Notes: a model not told the origin generated them from the letters alone. Positions 31,301-41,111 are shown, counted from the first letter of the stretch. The stretch is 64,000 bases of DNA from an uncultured virus (IMG/VR IMGVR_UViG_3300030376_006489) (IMGVR_UViG_3300030376_006489); one strand, 5' to 3'. Made by a program: numbers and translations.

Positions 31301-34300
31301 ACTAAAGAAATTAATAGTGGGTATAGTAAAGTTTTAAATGAATGGAGTAGTGCAAAAGGAAGAAATAGATTATCTGAAACAATTAGAGATTATCTAACTA
31401 ATCCATATACATATAATAGATTAAACGTAAAGCCAATATATAATAAGGCAGATGATGTTCCACAAGAACTTATAGATGACGCTATTGAGCAATTTTTAGG
31501 TGCACAAAGAAATTTAATATTACAACCTATTGATGAAATTGGTGCAGCGGGTTGGGGTGGTAAAACAGGACTCCCGCGTCCTTTCTTACAGTTAAATCCA
31601 CAATTATCTGGTGATATGTTAGATCAAGTTATAAGACATGAAATGGGACATATACTACAAGGTTTACCAGCTCATGTAAATTTAAAAAAATATGATCCAA
31701 GCAGATACGAAAAACTTTTTGATTATGGTATGATACCTCCTCACAGATATCAAGGTGTAGGTGTTATTGATGAACTCGGAGGAACTAAAAATTCTTTTGG
31801 TATGACATATGGACGTCAATCTCTAGCACAAAATATAGGATTGACTCATAATCAATTACAAATGGATAAAGATTTAATTGCTGGTTTAAAATTAAAACCA
31901 GAATATCAAAATGTATTAGAACGTGATATACCAAAAGACGTAAATTTTATAAGAGGATTGAGTTTAGATAACACAAATGACCGAACAAGAGGCTTATTTC
32001 AAATAAACCCATTAGGTGCAGGTAAATATTTTACATCTGGATCTGGTAAAACTTTTGGGGCAAGTAGAGAACCAACACCTTTTTTAACAGAACTTAGAAC
32101 AGCTATGAAAAATAAAGGGTATATAGATGATGTACACCAACAAGTAACACAAAAGGATATTCTTAATTTTTATAAAAATTATTATAATGCTCCTAGTTCT
32201 ACTCTAGGCGGATCACGTGCAATACCTGATATAAGACTTTTAGAGATAATGGAACCAAGTGTTAGTAATTTTAATTTCTTAGCTGAAACAATGAACAAGC
32301 TTCCTGCAACTATTCCACTTGTAGGAGCAGGACTAATGGGTTCAGATAAAGCTGGACCAGGATATCAACCAGGTGGTGAATTAGAGTATACCCCACAAAC
32401 ACAAGAAGAAGTAAAGTTAAATGATGTTAAAGATGGAGAAGTAAATACAGAAGGCTTAACACCTTATGTAAATTATAATATACCTTATGATATAGACTTC
32501 CATGAAACAGATGTTCCAGATTATATAAAATTAAGACAATCAATAGCAGAATCTACTTTAGATCCAAATGCAGTATCTGAAGCAGGTGCTACAGGATTAA
32601 CACAAATAATGCCAATAACTTTAACAGATTATGAAGAAAGAACGGGGGATACAAGCATAGATTTAACAAACCATCAAGACGCAATGAAAGTTCAAGATTG
32701 GTTAATGAATGATTTATATAATGCAGATTGGATTAATAAACCCAAGCAATCAGAAATGGTTAGAATGGCAAAAACTCTATCAGCATATAATTGGGGCAGA
32801 ACAAGATTTAATGAATTTCTAAATAAACAAAAAAGTAATAAAGTAGATATATATGGTGATAAAATGCCTTGGATTCAAAATCTACCTAAAGAAACTAGAG
32901 ATTATTTATCTAAAATATTATGGGATACACATCCACAAATGACAATTGATTACAAGCATGTAATGGATAGACCTGAAAAATATGGAGTTTATTTTGATGC
33001 TTATAATTTTAATTATAAAAAAGGAGGAGAACAAAAAAGACAACAAAGACTTTGGAAAGAATATAAAAAATACGCAAAAGGAGAAAAGATATCCCCTATA
33101 GTTACAAAAGAGTTAGAAGATTTAGGTTTAATTAAATCACATGTAATTCAACCAAATACATATTATACAGATGATGGAGGCGAAATATCATTTGCTGATG
33201 AATATTCATTAGATGACTTAGAGCTATCAAAAATTTCTAGAGAATCTACATCACCTTTTTCATTAAAACAGCAAGTAGGTTTTTATCAAGATCATATAAA
33301 TGGTGTTTATGATAACTCAAAAAACTTTACAAAATCTAAAACTTTATTTGATAAAATTAATAGACTTTATTTATTAGATGCAAAACAAAATAACAAACAT
33401 GTATTAAGCTACATGAGATCACTACCTAAGTTTCAAAACGAAGGAGAAGTTAATAATGATGTTATTACAGAAAATACGGAGACTACAACAGATAATATCT
33501 CACCAGACATAACTGGAGAAAATATTAATTACTTAAATAATGCCTTATATAATTATACAGAACCAGATTCAATTGCAATAAACAAGGCACAGATGGATAA
33601 TACAAATGTTAATTTAAATCTTGATAGTTTAATTGAAAAAAATCCCAATTTCAATTATCAAAATATGGATGATGATGCGTTTAATAGAGCAATTAATAAT
33701 GTATATAATGATACAATAGATGAAGCAGATTGGAATAAAACAACAAAGAATGAATTGTTATTTCCTAGAGCTGAACAATCAACTGAAACAAATCCTATCT
33801 ATCATGATGAGGATAGAAATCTTGGTGCTATATTGTACTATTCACCACGAAATGAACATGAAACTTTTTTTAAATCTGATTCAGAAAGAATGACCCCATA
33901 TTTAGATGAAACATATGGTGCCGGAAATTATAAAGTTGTACAATTACCACATCAAGCTTATCAACCAAGATATACAGAGTTATCTGACTTAATGTTCAAT
34001 CATCCAGCAATGTTAGAGTTTAAAGAATCTCAAGCCGCAATAAGAGGAACATATAATCCTCAGTTTGATACTTTAAATGAGGAAATCAGTGCTTTAGCTA
34101 GAGAATTAGGTAATGAGCATGATGAAGACTCTGACAACTATAAAAGACTAGATAAGTTATTTAAGGCTAAAAACCAAGAAATATTTGATTTAGAAGACAT
34201 TTATGTAAAAGAAAGAAGAGAGCATAGAGATAATTTTTATGATAATTTAGAAACAACACATCCTGATTTATTTGAAATCCGAAATGAATACAATGATAAT

Positions 34301-37168
34301 TACACTGGAGATAATAGAATGAATAAATATATATCAGCTAAAAATATTGCTGATACACATTTTGGAGATATTAAAAATTTAAGCAGGGACGGAAAGATCT
34401 TTTTTATGCAGCATTCAGATAGCAGAATAGGACCACTTACATTAACAGAATCCCGTAGAGATCCAGGAAAACAAACACCAGGAGTAGTAGATACATTTGG
34501 TGAAATACTATCACCAGAATCCGAAGGAGGTTGGTTAGCTGATAACAATCAAGTTGTATGTTATGCAGGAATGTGCGGAGGTGTTGAAGAAATGAGGGAA
34601 TTAACAGAAGCATCAGGAGTAACTACAATAGGTCAACCAGGAACATGGTCTGGATATCAAAATGCTTCTATATTTCCAGGATATAATATAGAGTCACAAT
34701 TTTTCAACGCTAACCAAGAAGGCATAATTAATCCTGACTTTGACGGAGGAGCATATGTAACACACACTTTAAATGATGGTACAGTTAGATCAGACACTAC
34801 AGGAAGCCGCCCATCACGGTATTACGCAAATACTGAAGACATAGTTGCAGGTAACGTAACCAGATTTCCAGGAGGTATACCAAGAAATACCCACCAGGTC
34901 CGTAGAGGACAGCTACAACAAAATTCAGCACTGGATTATATTGAAGATCAAGAAGGACCTACAGACAGGGGGACTTTGATGGAAAGAGTACTTCCACAAA
35001 GAAACGAAATGAGAGAATGGTTAACAAGAGACAACACAGAAGAACGAGCATCAAGTAGACGTAGGTTTCAACCGGGTGGTGAACCAATAAGACAAGGAAC
35101 TCTTGATGCTGTAAATGTAGGGCCAGGAGGAGATGCAATTGAATTCTTTAAAGCAAGATTACCTTATTATGATACTTTAAGTAGTGATCAAAGACAACAT
35201 CTTAATGATGTATATTTAGGTGAAGTATCAGAAAGTCCAATATTTAGAAATATAATAGGACAAGGTAGAGAAGGTTATGGTATAGGAAATAACCCAACAT
35301 ATATGGAAAGCGTACATGATTTTGCTGGAGCTTTTCCAACACTTGCTGGAAAAAATATGTTAGAAACTCTCACCATACCACAAGCAACATTAGTTGAAGG
35401 TATAGAAGCAGTAAGAGGAAATCCTTATAATTTTAAAAACGTATTACCTACTGCAGATAAAAATTTATTTTCAAATCAAAGATTTCCAAGTAATACATTT
35501 CTTCAAGACGCTGCACCTGGATGGCAAATAGCTGGAGATATAGGAATTGATCCAGCTGTAATTTTTGGACTTGGAAAGTTAGGTCAATTAGGAGTTAGAT
35601 CATTAAGATCTGCTGCAAGAAACAGAAAGCTTGCAACTACTCTTTCATCTACTATGGATGACGCTCTTACAACTCCAACTAATTATAATACTGTTTCTAG
35701 ACCAGCATCTATATTTGATGGAGCAAATCCTGGATTTGGTCAAAGTGATGAACTAGTAGATGATGCTTATAAAGCAATAGGTTCTATTGGAGAAGATAAA
35801 ATATATTCAACCTCACAAATAGGAGATTTAACTGTTACTAATGCATCTAAAAATTTATTAACAGATATGTCAAATGCAGCAAATACAGGAAAATTTGTTA
35901 ATAATTCTTTTCCTCAAATTGGTGTTGCAGGTGGTAAATTAAATGTTCCAAACAAAACTCAAATTACTAAGTTTGATGATGCGCTTAACACAGCATTTGA
36001 TTATAAAGGAATGGAAGATGGTACTAATGTTGCATTAACAAGAGTAATTGATTCAAAAGGACTTACTGTTGAAAACGGTAAATTAACTTTTAAAATTGCA
36101 CCTCATATACAGGGAAGCAAAGGAGCATTAAAAATACAAAACTATGATGATATAATTAAAAAAAGAAATACAACACATTTTTCATTTTCTCACATTCAAG
36201 GGGATGAGTATCATAGCTCTCATGGTGCTGGATATTGGAAAAATAAATCAACTGCCGTTATTAATAATATAAACGATTTAAAAAAACATGGTGAATTATT
36301 AAATATTTCTCCTAGTGATACTTATTTCTATAATAAACATAACATGTTTGTTGGAGATCAAGCTATTGTATTAACTAGAGATAAAAAGTTATATGATAAT
36401 ATTACAAAAAATGCTCCTAAAACTAATATATACTATGTAGGAAAAAATGTAACTGATGATCAATTTACTGAAATAGTTAATTCATTTCATAGAACTGCAG
36501 GATCTTCACAAGATATGAATGGATTATTTCATAACTATGTTGGTAACGAACTTGTAGCAGGTAGAGATGTTGGTAAGTTTAAAGTATCAAATAAAGAACA
36601 TTATCTTAAAGATTTTTCTAGTAATAATCCTAGTACATTTTCAGGTGGATTTGCAGGTCATGATTCTACACATGGCGGTAGCATATTTAGTGATTTAGAA
36701 AAAGCTGCTAATTTTAAAAATTTAAAATATATAGGTCCTGAATTAAAATCTGGTGTAGATCCTTCTGGTAAGTTACCAAGCAGACAAGGAACAATAACAG
36801 ATTTAAGTAAAACATATCATAATCCATACTTGATGCGTAGTTATAATCCTCCAGGAAATATACATCATCAAGCTAAATTATTAAATAAATATATTCCATA
36901 TCCAGAAATGAAAGAAAGTCCAAGAATATATAAGAATTGGTTGAAGGATAATGCTTTTGAAAACCTTTCAAGTTACCCTATTGAAGTTCAAATAAATGAA
37001 ATACAAAAATTAGCTTCTTCAGGTTTTGATAAAAAATTTTTAAATATACATAAAGAATATTTGGCATTAGATAATGGATTTGATACATGGACAGATATGG
37101 TTGCAGGTTCAAAATATAGCACAATGAAAAGAAAAGGTGGGGAAGTTAACAGCTTAAAACAATATTAG
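28364..37168 (+). CDS. Giant modular virion cargo/ejection protein (2 zincins, lytic transglycosylase, putative Cys protease)
   Basis: 2934 aa; HEGDH (30143) and HEMGH (31637) HExxH motifs with downstream Glu; SLT motifs AES-..-GATGLTQIMP-..-AYNWG (approx. 32546-32797); FFMQHS / YAGMCG pair; TAATG-coupled to the muzzle gene. Confidence 0.75.
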   Translation: MKYSKHGYKRNSKDRNNPYNVIPSGEITMKGVDFPIYGVDDLGNEKVMMPGAHYTFPGNTVLEVPLHNMQQGGEEQPRMHPFEEWATSQGMDPQQALQMISSNPEGYPPEVIEAAQAYAQELQRQNPINDKQDEMLHEAQQEQSLYQEGDEVPTEPEIYTLGTDELGNIPGEYYNSTGEFKEQPWLSRQGFREELTGPEYPWSFKNEEGYNKWDKEGISEIDYGIKESEKENLLQTYNYLEETGALDYLYDDDEYDQVRNEYSGLDLMEQHLKRIKSLPEDEKTDLLDWDDYDAYSQVAEHHGKDYLGYGEFVDLPVNERFSSFTPSEINEVLYPGLDLEVMKPASGELTYDPLAFLPFPAGAVTGGIAKPILRFADDALKYGKNFFKRIPLKKQADEVAEWMYKYYNHPKRIHSPVIHNQQARWARKFNDINSGHRLESTLPNTMREMMREVTPIPNLMQRINMRVPYNKLIDRNISYGNMFKGVQPGNISNVTRDGLLRDFRKYIPGDPSVMGNSALYQNSYRHLLQDVVGDLGLRKGLDHFAKRWFGSSGVSYRPNISSMPRTSGKFYTQSRQGPSIIKQSPQEIKSTMVHEGDHFFHANNMRMPEIQRAALKSLTTKNKYQGGLGERLYKKLFGKNTTFYKGAKNYYQGVGEINARIMEMRHGMNLMPGQKLSKPALELYMKKNPSLNGMKKWLNVDKTGKFNKDEFLTYFNTYYEEGGEENNPEPTLVTPGTNEYRKAYQDNTLTTYNPEDNSYHFPTLDEVTVTDDLPATPQALREWSRTNDPIAYATREATTEAAPYALALMAPALIGASLPIATAIGTSAPVTAGVGLLDDVAMGLYNSPYVGGAIRNAWNYNPTKIPGLTVGNITNAGFAGHGAANIGPNTGELIEDPSLSNTADVGMNVLEMSPFFGPTTNAIKGGFGVLKNTFKTTGSNASYIDEFLLSEKQLAGITDKMRSSADNLVNPAYTFSIDKTKEINSGYSKVLNEWSSAKGRNRLSETIRDYLTNPYTYNRLNVKPIYNKADDVPQELIDDAIEQFLGAQRNLILQPIDEIGAAGWGGKTGLPRPFLQLNPQLSGDMLDQVIRHEMGHILQGLPAHVNLKKYDPSRYEKLFDYGMIPPHRYQGVGVIDELGGTKNSFGMTYGRQSLAQNIGLTHNQLQMDKDLIAGLKLKPEYQNVLERDIPKDVNFIRGLSLDNTNDRTRGLFQINPLGAGKYFTSGSGKTFGASREPTPFLTELRTAMKNKGYIDDVHQQVTQKDILNFYKNYYNAPSSTLGGSRAIPDIRLLEIMEPSVSNFNFLAETMNKLPATIPLVGAGLMGSDKAGPGYQPGGELEYTPQTQEEVKLNDVKDGEVNTEGLTPYVNYNIPYDIDFHETDVPDYIKLRQSIAESTLDPNAVSEAGATGLTQIMPITLTDYEERTGDTSIDLTNHQDAMKVQDWLMNDLYNADWINKPKQSEMVRMAKTLSAYNWGRTRFNEFLNKQKSNKVDIYGDKMPWIQNLPKETRDYLSKILWDTHPQMTIDYKHVMDRPEKYGVYFDAYNFNYKKGGEQKRQQRLWKEYKKYAKGEKISPIVTKELEDLGLIKSHVIQPNTYYTDDGGEISFADEYSLDDLELSKISRESTSPFSLKQQVGFYQDHINGVYDNSKNFTKSKTLFDKINRLYLLDAKQNNKHVLSYMRSLPKFQNEGEVNNDVITENTETTTDNISPDITGENINYLNNALYNYTEPDSIAINKAQMDNTNVNLNLDSLIEKNPNFNYQNMDDDAFNRAINNVYNDTIDEADWNKTTKNELLFPRAEQSTETNPIYHDEDRNLGAILYYSPRNEHETFFKSDSERMTPYLDETYGAGNYKVVQLPHQAYQPRYTELSDLMFNHPAMLEFKESQAAIRGTYNPQFDTLNEEISALARELGNEHDEDSDNYKRLDKLFKAKNQEIFDLEDIYVKERREHRDNFYDNLETTHPDLFEIRNEYNDNYTGDNRMNKYISAKNIADTHFGDIKNLSRDGKIFFMQHSDSRIGPLTLTESRRDPGKQTPGVVDTFGEILSPESEGGWLADNNQVVCYAGMCGGVEEMRELTEASGVTTIGQPGTWSGYQNASIFPGYNIESQFFNANQEGIINPDFDGGAYVTHTLNDGTVRSDTTGSRPSRYYANTEDIVAGNVTRFPGGIPRNTHQVRRGQLQQNSALDYIEDQEGPTDRGTLMERVLPQRNEMREWLTRDNTEERASSRRRFQPGGEPIRQGTLDAVNVGPGGDAIEFFKARLPYYDTLSSDQRQHLNDVYLGEVSESPIFRNIIGQGREGYGIGNNPTYMESVHDFAGAFPTLAGKNMLETLTIPQATLVEGIEAVRGNPYNFKNVLPTADKNLFSNQRFPSNTFLQDAAPGWQIAGDIGIDPAVIFGLGKLGQLGVRSLRSAARNRKLATTLSSTMDDALTTPTNYNTVSRPASIFDGANPGFGQSDELVDDAYKAIGSIGEDKIYSTSQIGDLTVTNASKNLLTDMSNAANTGKFVNNSFPQIGVAGGKLNVPNKTQITKFDDALNTAFDYKGMEDGTNVALTRVIDSKGLTVENGKLTFKIAPHIQGSKGALKIQNYDDIIKKRNTTHFSFSHIQGDEYHSSHGAGYWKNKSTAVINNINDLKKHGELLNISPSDTYFYNKHNMFVGDQAIVLTRDKKLYDNITKNAPKTNIYYVGKNVTDDQFTEIVNSFHRTAGSSQDMNGLFHNYVGNELVAGRDVGKFKVSNKEHYLKDFSSNNPSTFSGGFAGHDSTHGGSIFSDLEKAANFKNLKYIGPELKSGVDPSGKLPSRQGTITDLSKTYHNPYLMRSYNPPGNIHHQAKLLNKYIPYPEMKESPRIYKNWLKDNAFENLSSYPIEVQINEIQKLASSGFDKKFLNIHKEYLALDNGFDTWTDMVAGSKYSTMKRKGGEVNSLKQY

Positions 37169-37179
37169 ATTATGTCAAT

Positions 37180-37196
37180 ATTATTTAGTATATTAT
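37180..37196 (+). promoter_or_regulatory. Candidate late promoter motif ATTATTTAGTATATTAT
   Basis: Identical to 6751-6767. Confidence 0.6.
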
Positions 37197-37218
37197 TATA
37201 GTAAACTGTATTTTTAAA

Positions 37219-40200
37219 ATGTCAAGAAAATTAAAAAGATATCAACAACAGGGAGAGGTTAAGTTAACACTAAAACAATGGTGTTCACAAAACGGTGATA
37301 TATGCACTTCAGATCCTCAAAGAGCCACTCAATTATATGATAAGTATTCAACAATGCATGATATGTCTCAAATAGATATAGGGTTTAATACTAGTGGAAA
37401 TATGGATATAGCATTTGGAGGAGTAGATACTTCACCAGAAGCAGAAGAAGCACAATACAATGCAGGACCACAACTTAATCCTGATAACCTTCAATATTTT
37501 AAAGCTCTTAATCAAGATCATTTAATGCTTCCAGCATATGGACAATCTCCTTTACCGCATTTAGCTGCTGGGCTTTATAATGCATTTCATGATATAAAAG
37601 ATATTTTTACAGAACCATCAGAACAGCAAGTAACTGGATATCAAACTGGAGAATACGTAATTGATCCAGAATTACAAGCTAAACATCCTAACAACCCAAA
37701 AAGATTTTTAGTACCTAGAAAAGAATATTTAAATAAATATTATCAAAACTGGTTTGATAAAAGAACAGAAATGTACCCTGATAAATTTGCAGCTGTTGAT
37801 TTTGATTTAGATGAATGGAATCAAACCGGGCAACTTAGTTATATAGGAGATCCTTTAGAAGGAGATTTATATGAACTAGAAAATCCTGATGCAGATGTAA
37901 TAACATGGGATAAAGATGAAGAAGGAAATCTTGATGATATGACTTCTTGGGGTGAATATGAGGATGATGGAACTTTAACAACAACACCTTTTGAAACAGA
38001 TGTTGAAACAGATGTTGAAACAGATACAGATGAAACTTTAGTAGATGAAGATCCTATTGTTATACCAGATGAGGTAGAAAATTATGAACCAGAATTTATT
38101 GAAGAAGATGAAGAAGAGGTAGTTATATTAGATACAGGTCAAGAAGGTAAAGAAACTAAAGAGTCACCAGATCCAACAGGAACTACACAAGGTGAAGAGG
38201 AGATGGCCACAACAGGTTATACAATACCACCAACTATTGAGCCGTCTTTAGAAAATGAAGAGTATAGACAAGAATACCTTAATAAAATAAAAAACTGGTA
38301 TGATAACGCACCTGATGATTATTATGATCCTAATGTAGTGATACATGATACAGACGGAAGATCATATTATGAACCATATTATGAAACAATAAATTTATAT
38401 CAAAATGATATAGATAGATTAGGAATGAATCCATTAATGAGTCACGAGTTACATCATCATATGCAAAATGTAAATGATGAGTTAACATATCATCAAATGA
38501 TGAAAAAATTCTATCCAGATAATGCAGGTTTACATTTTAACACATATGTTCCTAAACCCAAAGGTCCAGTTACACATCAAGTTTTAGGAAATTATTATGA
38601 CAGAAGAGCTGCTGAAAAAAATATGTTAATGGATGGATTTATAGAATCTAATCCAGATTCTAGATTTTTTCCAGCTTTTCAAGAGGTTGCATATAATAGA
38701 CTAGAAGATCAGCAATATGATATACCATGGACAATGGAAGGCGAAGCACATGAAATAGAAAATCAAGGAGGGTATCCTGTAAATATTTTAAACAGACTTG
38801 CAGAAAATGCAGAATTAAGAACATATCAAGATGGAGGAGATGATGGAGGAGATGATGGTGGAGATGACGGATGGGATGCTAGCGGAGATGATGATGGTGG
38901 AGATTGGGACATAGATGAAGGAAGTTATGATCCTGATATATATACATTTAATCCTGAACTTGATGATCAAATTGATGCAGATGAGAATGACAGTTATCAA
39001 TGGACTGAAGAAGAAGAAGAGGAAGAAGAATACACTCCACAAACTGTAGATCCACCAGAGGAATATGATCCGCAAACTCAAGATTATGATCCACCAAGTG
39101 ATCCATATGATCCACCAGATGATGGAGGAGATGATTACTATGATGATGGTGAAGGTGGAGGAGGTGATCCTTGTCCAGGAGGAAATTGTAATGAAGAAGG
39201 AGGAGGAGGTGGAAGAAGTGGAGCACCACCAGAAACACAGGCAAGAAGAAAAAGTGGATGGAGTCCATATAAAAAAGGAAAAAAGTTTTTAGATAGAGAT
39301 ATACCTAAAGCATTTTGGAAATTAAGCCATGCTGCAGTTGCTATTGCAAAACCCCTTAACATGTATCTTAGTCAAAGGCAACAAAGAAAAAGACAAGAGA
39401 TGTTAAAAATGTCAACTATGGCTGATAACATGTTTGGTGTTACAGATGCAGATCTTTCAGGATCTAAAGGAGACTATACTGTAAACGAAGGTTTCTTTAG
39501 ACCTGATGATAGAACTCTTAGTAGAATGGGTAGATATGGAATGGAAATGAAATATGGAGGATCAAATGAGGATAACGGTTTACACTCTTTTATTCCTCAA
39601 GCCAGTGATGGAATGGAATATTATAAAAATAATTATCCTGGTTATGAGGATTTAACTGATAATCAAAAAAGACAATTAGATTATGAAATGAAAGGAACTA
39701 CGTATAATTTCTATGAAGATTTATATAATTTTCAAAACCCAAAGAATGTAACAGGTCCTCACTCTGATCATACAAATACAATGAGTTATCCATTTCCTGA
39801 ATACATGAGACATTATGATAATCATCCAGGAATAGATGCAAAAGGAACAGATTGGAGCGGAACATTTAAAGGCTGGGATGAAAACCCTAATGCAAATAAT
39901 TATTACAAACACAGATGGTCTAAATATGGAGACTGGGATACCAATAAAGGTTGGGGAAGATCTGAAAATAGAAAATGGGATGTATGGCAAGGGAAAGGAA
40001 GTACAGTAACAGATCCAAATACAGGAAAAGAAACCAATTGGAGAAAAGGACCATGGGAAGGTTTTTATTCAGGATATTCTTGGATGCCAGAAGATCCAAT
40101 AAGTGTTAGCGAAAAAGATTGGAATACACTTGTAGATGTAGGTTATTATAATCCTAAATATATAGATGAAAGAGGAAAATGGAGCAGAGCTAAAAATGAT

Positions 40201-41109
40201 TATGTTAATAGACACGCTGATGCTTATATGACATGGGAAAGCATACTGCGTAAAAATAATCCAGAATTAACTACAATGCAAATACATGATCTTATGCATT
40301 CAGGAGTACATAGACAATCTATGCGAGGTGGTAGAAAAGGTAGCCCATGGGCACCAGGTATTCCAACTCCAGAAAGAATGAGACAAGATGATTATAAATG
40401 GGGAGAATACAGTGATGTATTATTTAACAATAGACAAGTAATGCCTCCAGGCAGCCGTGAAGAAACAGACTATACTCCACCAGAACCACCACCACCTGAA
40501 TATCCAGATGAGCCAGAATTTGATGATGTAACATTTGATGACTTAGATGAAGAATTTGAATTACAAGATGAGGATGGAATTACAGAAATACCAGGAGAAA
40601 CAGAAATAGAAGAAGAAATAGAATATTATGATTTTGACAATGATGGGATAGCGGATGACTCTACAGATAATACAGATATAATTGATACGTATGATGATAC
40701 AACTATTGATCCTAGTACAGGAGGTATAATTCCTGCACCATCAAATATGGATGATCAATTTACAAGGTCAACAGATGGAGGATATGATCCATCAAGTAGA
40801 AATGATTATGATTATACTCCACAAACCACAAGATCAAATGAAGAAATGAATCAATCAGCATATGGAGATTCAGGTTCACCACAAACTCAAAGTTATGAAC
40901 CACAAGCTACTAGCGGAACAGAAGAATATATACCTCAAACAGTAGCAGGTACTGATGAGTATGAACCACAAACACAGCAATCAGATGAAGAGGATAGTAC
41001 AGATGCTAAATATGGTGGACAGTTTTTTAATAATGGAGGAGAAGCTGAAATAGATATAAACACATATAAACAATTAATTGCTGCAGGAGCAGATATAGAA
41101 ATATTATAA
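37219..41109 (+). CDS. Acidic virion cargo protein with zincin-like domain
   Basis: 1296 aa, strongly D/E-rich; HELHH (38443) with downstream EGEA; DDGG and YxPQT repeats; C-terminal EIDINTYKQLIAAGADIEIL. Confidence 0.6.
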   Translation: MSRKLKRYQQQGEVKLTLKQWCSQNGDICTSDPQRATQLYDKYSTMHDMSQIDIGFNTSGNMDIAFGGVDTSPEAEEAQYNAGPQLNPDNLQYFKALNQDHLMLPAYGQSPLPHLAAGLYNAFHDIKDIFTEPSEQQVTGYQTGEYVIDPELQAKHPNNPKRFLVPRKEYLNKYYQNWFDKRTEMYPDKFAAVDFDLDEWNQTGQLSYIGDPLEGDLYELENPDADVITWDKDEEGNLDDMTSWGEYEDDGTLTTTPFETDVETDVETDTDETLVDEDPIVIPDEVENYEPEFIEEDEEEVVILDTGQEGKETKESPDPTGTTQGEEEMATTGYTIPPTIEPSLENEEYRQEYLNKIKNWYDNAPDDYYDPNVVIHDTDGRSYYEPYYETINLYQNDIDRLGMNPLMSHELHHHMQNVNDELTYHQMMKKFYPDNAGLHFNTYVPKPKGPVTHQVLGNYYDRRAAEKNMLMDGFIESNPDSRFFPAFQEVAYNRLEDQQYDIPWTMEGEAHEIENQGGYPVNILNRLAENAELRTYQDGGDDGGDDGGDDGWDASGDDDGGDWDIDEGSYDPDIYTFNPELDDQIDADENDSYQWTEEEEEEEEYTPQTVDPPEEYDPQTQDYDPPSDPYDPPDDGGDDYYDDGEGGGGDPCPGGNCNEEGGGGGRSGAPPETQARRKSGWSPYKKGKKFLDRDIPKAFWKLSHAAVAIAKPLNMYLSQRQQRKRQEMLKMSTMADNMFGVTDADLSGSKGDYTVNEGFFRPDDRTLSRMGRYGMEMKYGGSNEDNGLHSFIPQASDGMEYYKNNYPGYEDLTDNQKRQLDYEMKGTTYNFYEDLYNFQNPKNVTGPHSDHTNTMSYPFPEYMRHYDNHPGIDAKGTDWSGTFKGWDENPNANNYYKHRWSKYGDWDTNKGWGRSENRKWDVWQGKGSTVTDPNTGKETNWRKGPWEGFYSGYSWMPEDPISVSEKDWNTLVDVGYYNPKYIDERGKWSRAKNDYVNRHADAYMTWESILRKNNPELTTMQIHDLMHSGVHRQSMRGGRKGSPWAPGIPTPERMRQDDYKWGEYSDVLFNNRQVMPPGSREETDYTPPEPPPPEYPDEPEFDDVTFDDLDEEFELQDEDGITEIPGETEIEEEIEYYDFDNDGIADDSTDNTDIIDTYDDTTIDPSTGGIIPAPSNMDDQFTRSTDGGYDPSSRNDYDYTPQTTRSNEEMNQSAYGDSGSPQTQSYEPQATSGTEEYIPQTVAGTDEYEPQTQQSDEEDSTDAKYGGQFFNNGGEAEIDINTYKQLIAAGADIEIL
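38830..38901 (+). repeat. Degenerate GATGATGGWGGA coding repeat (DDGG)n
   Basis: gatggaggagat gatggaggagat gatggtggagat gacgga... visible in the sequence. Confidence 0.7.
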
Positions 41110-41111
41110 TT

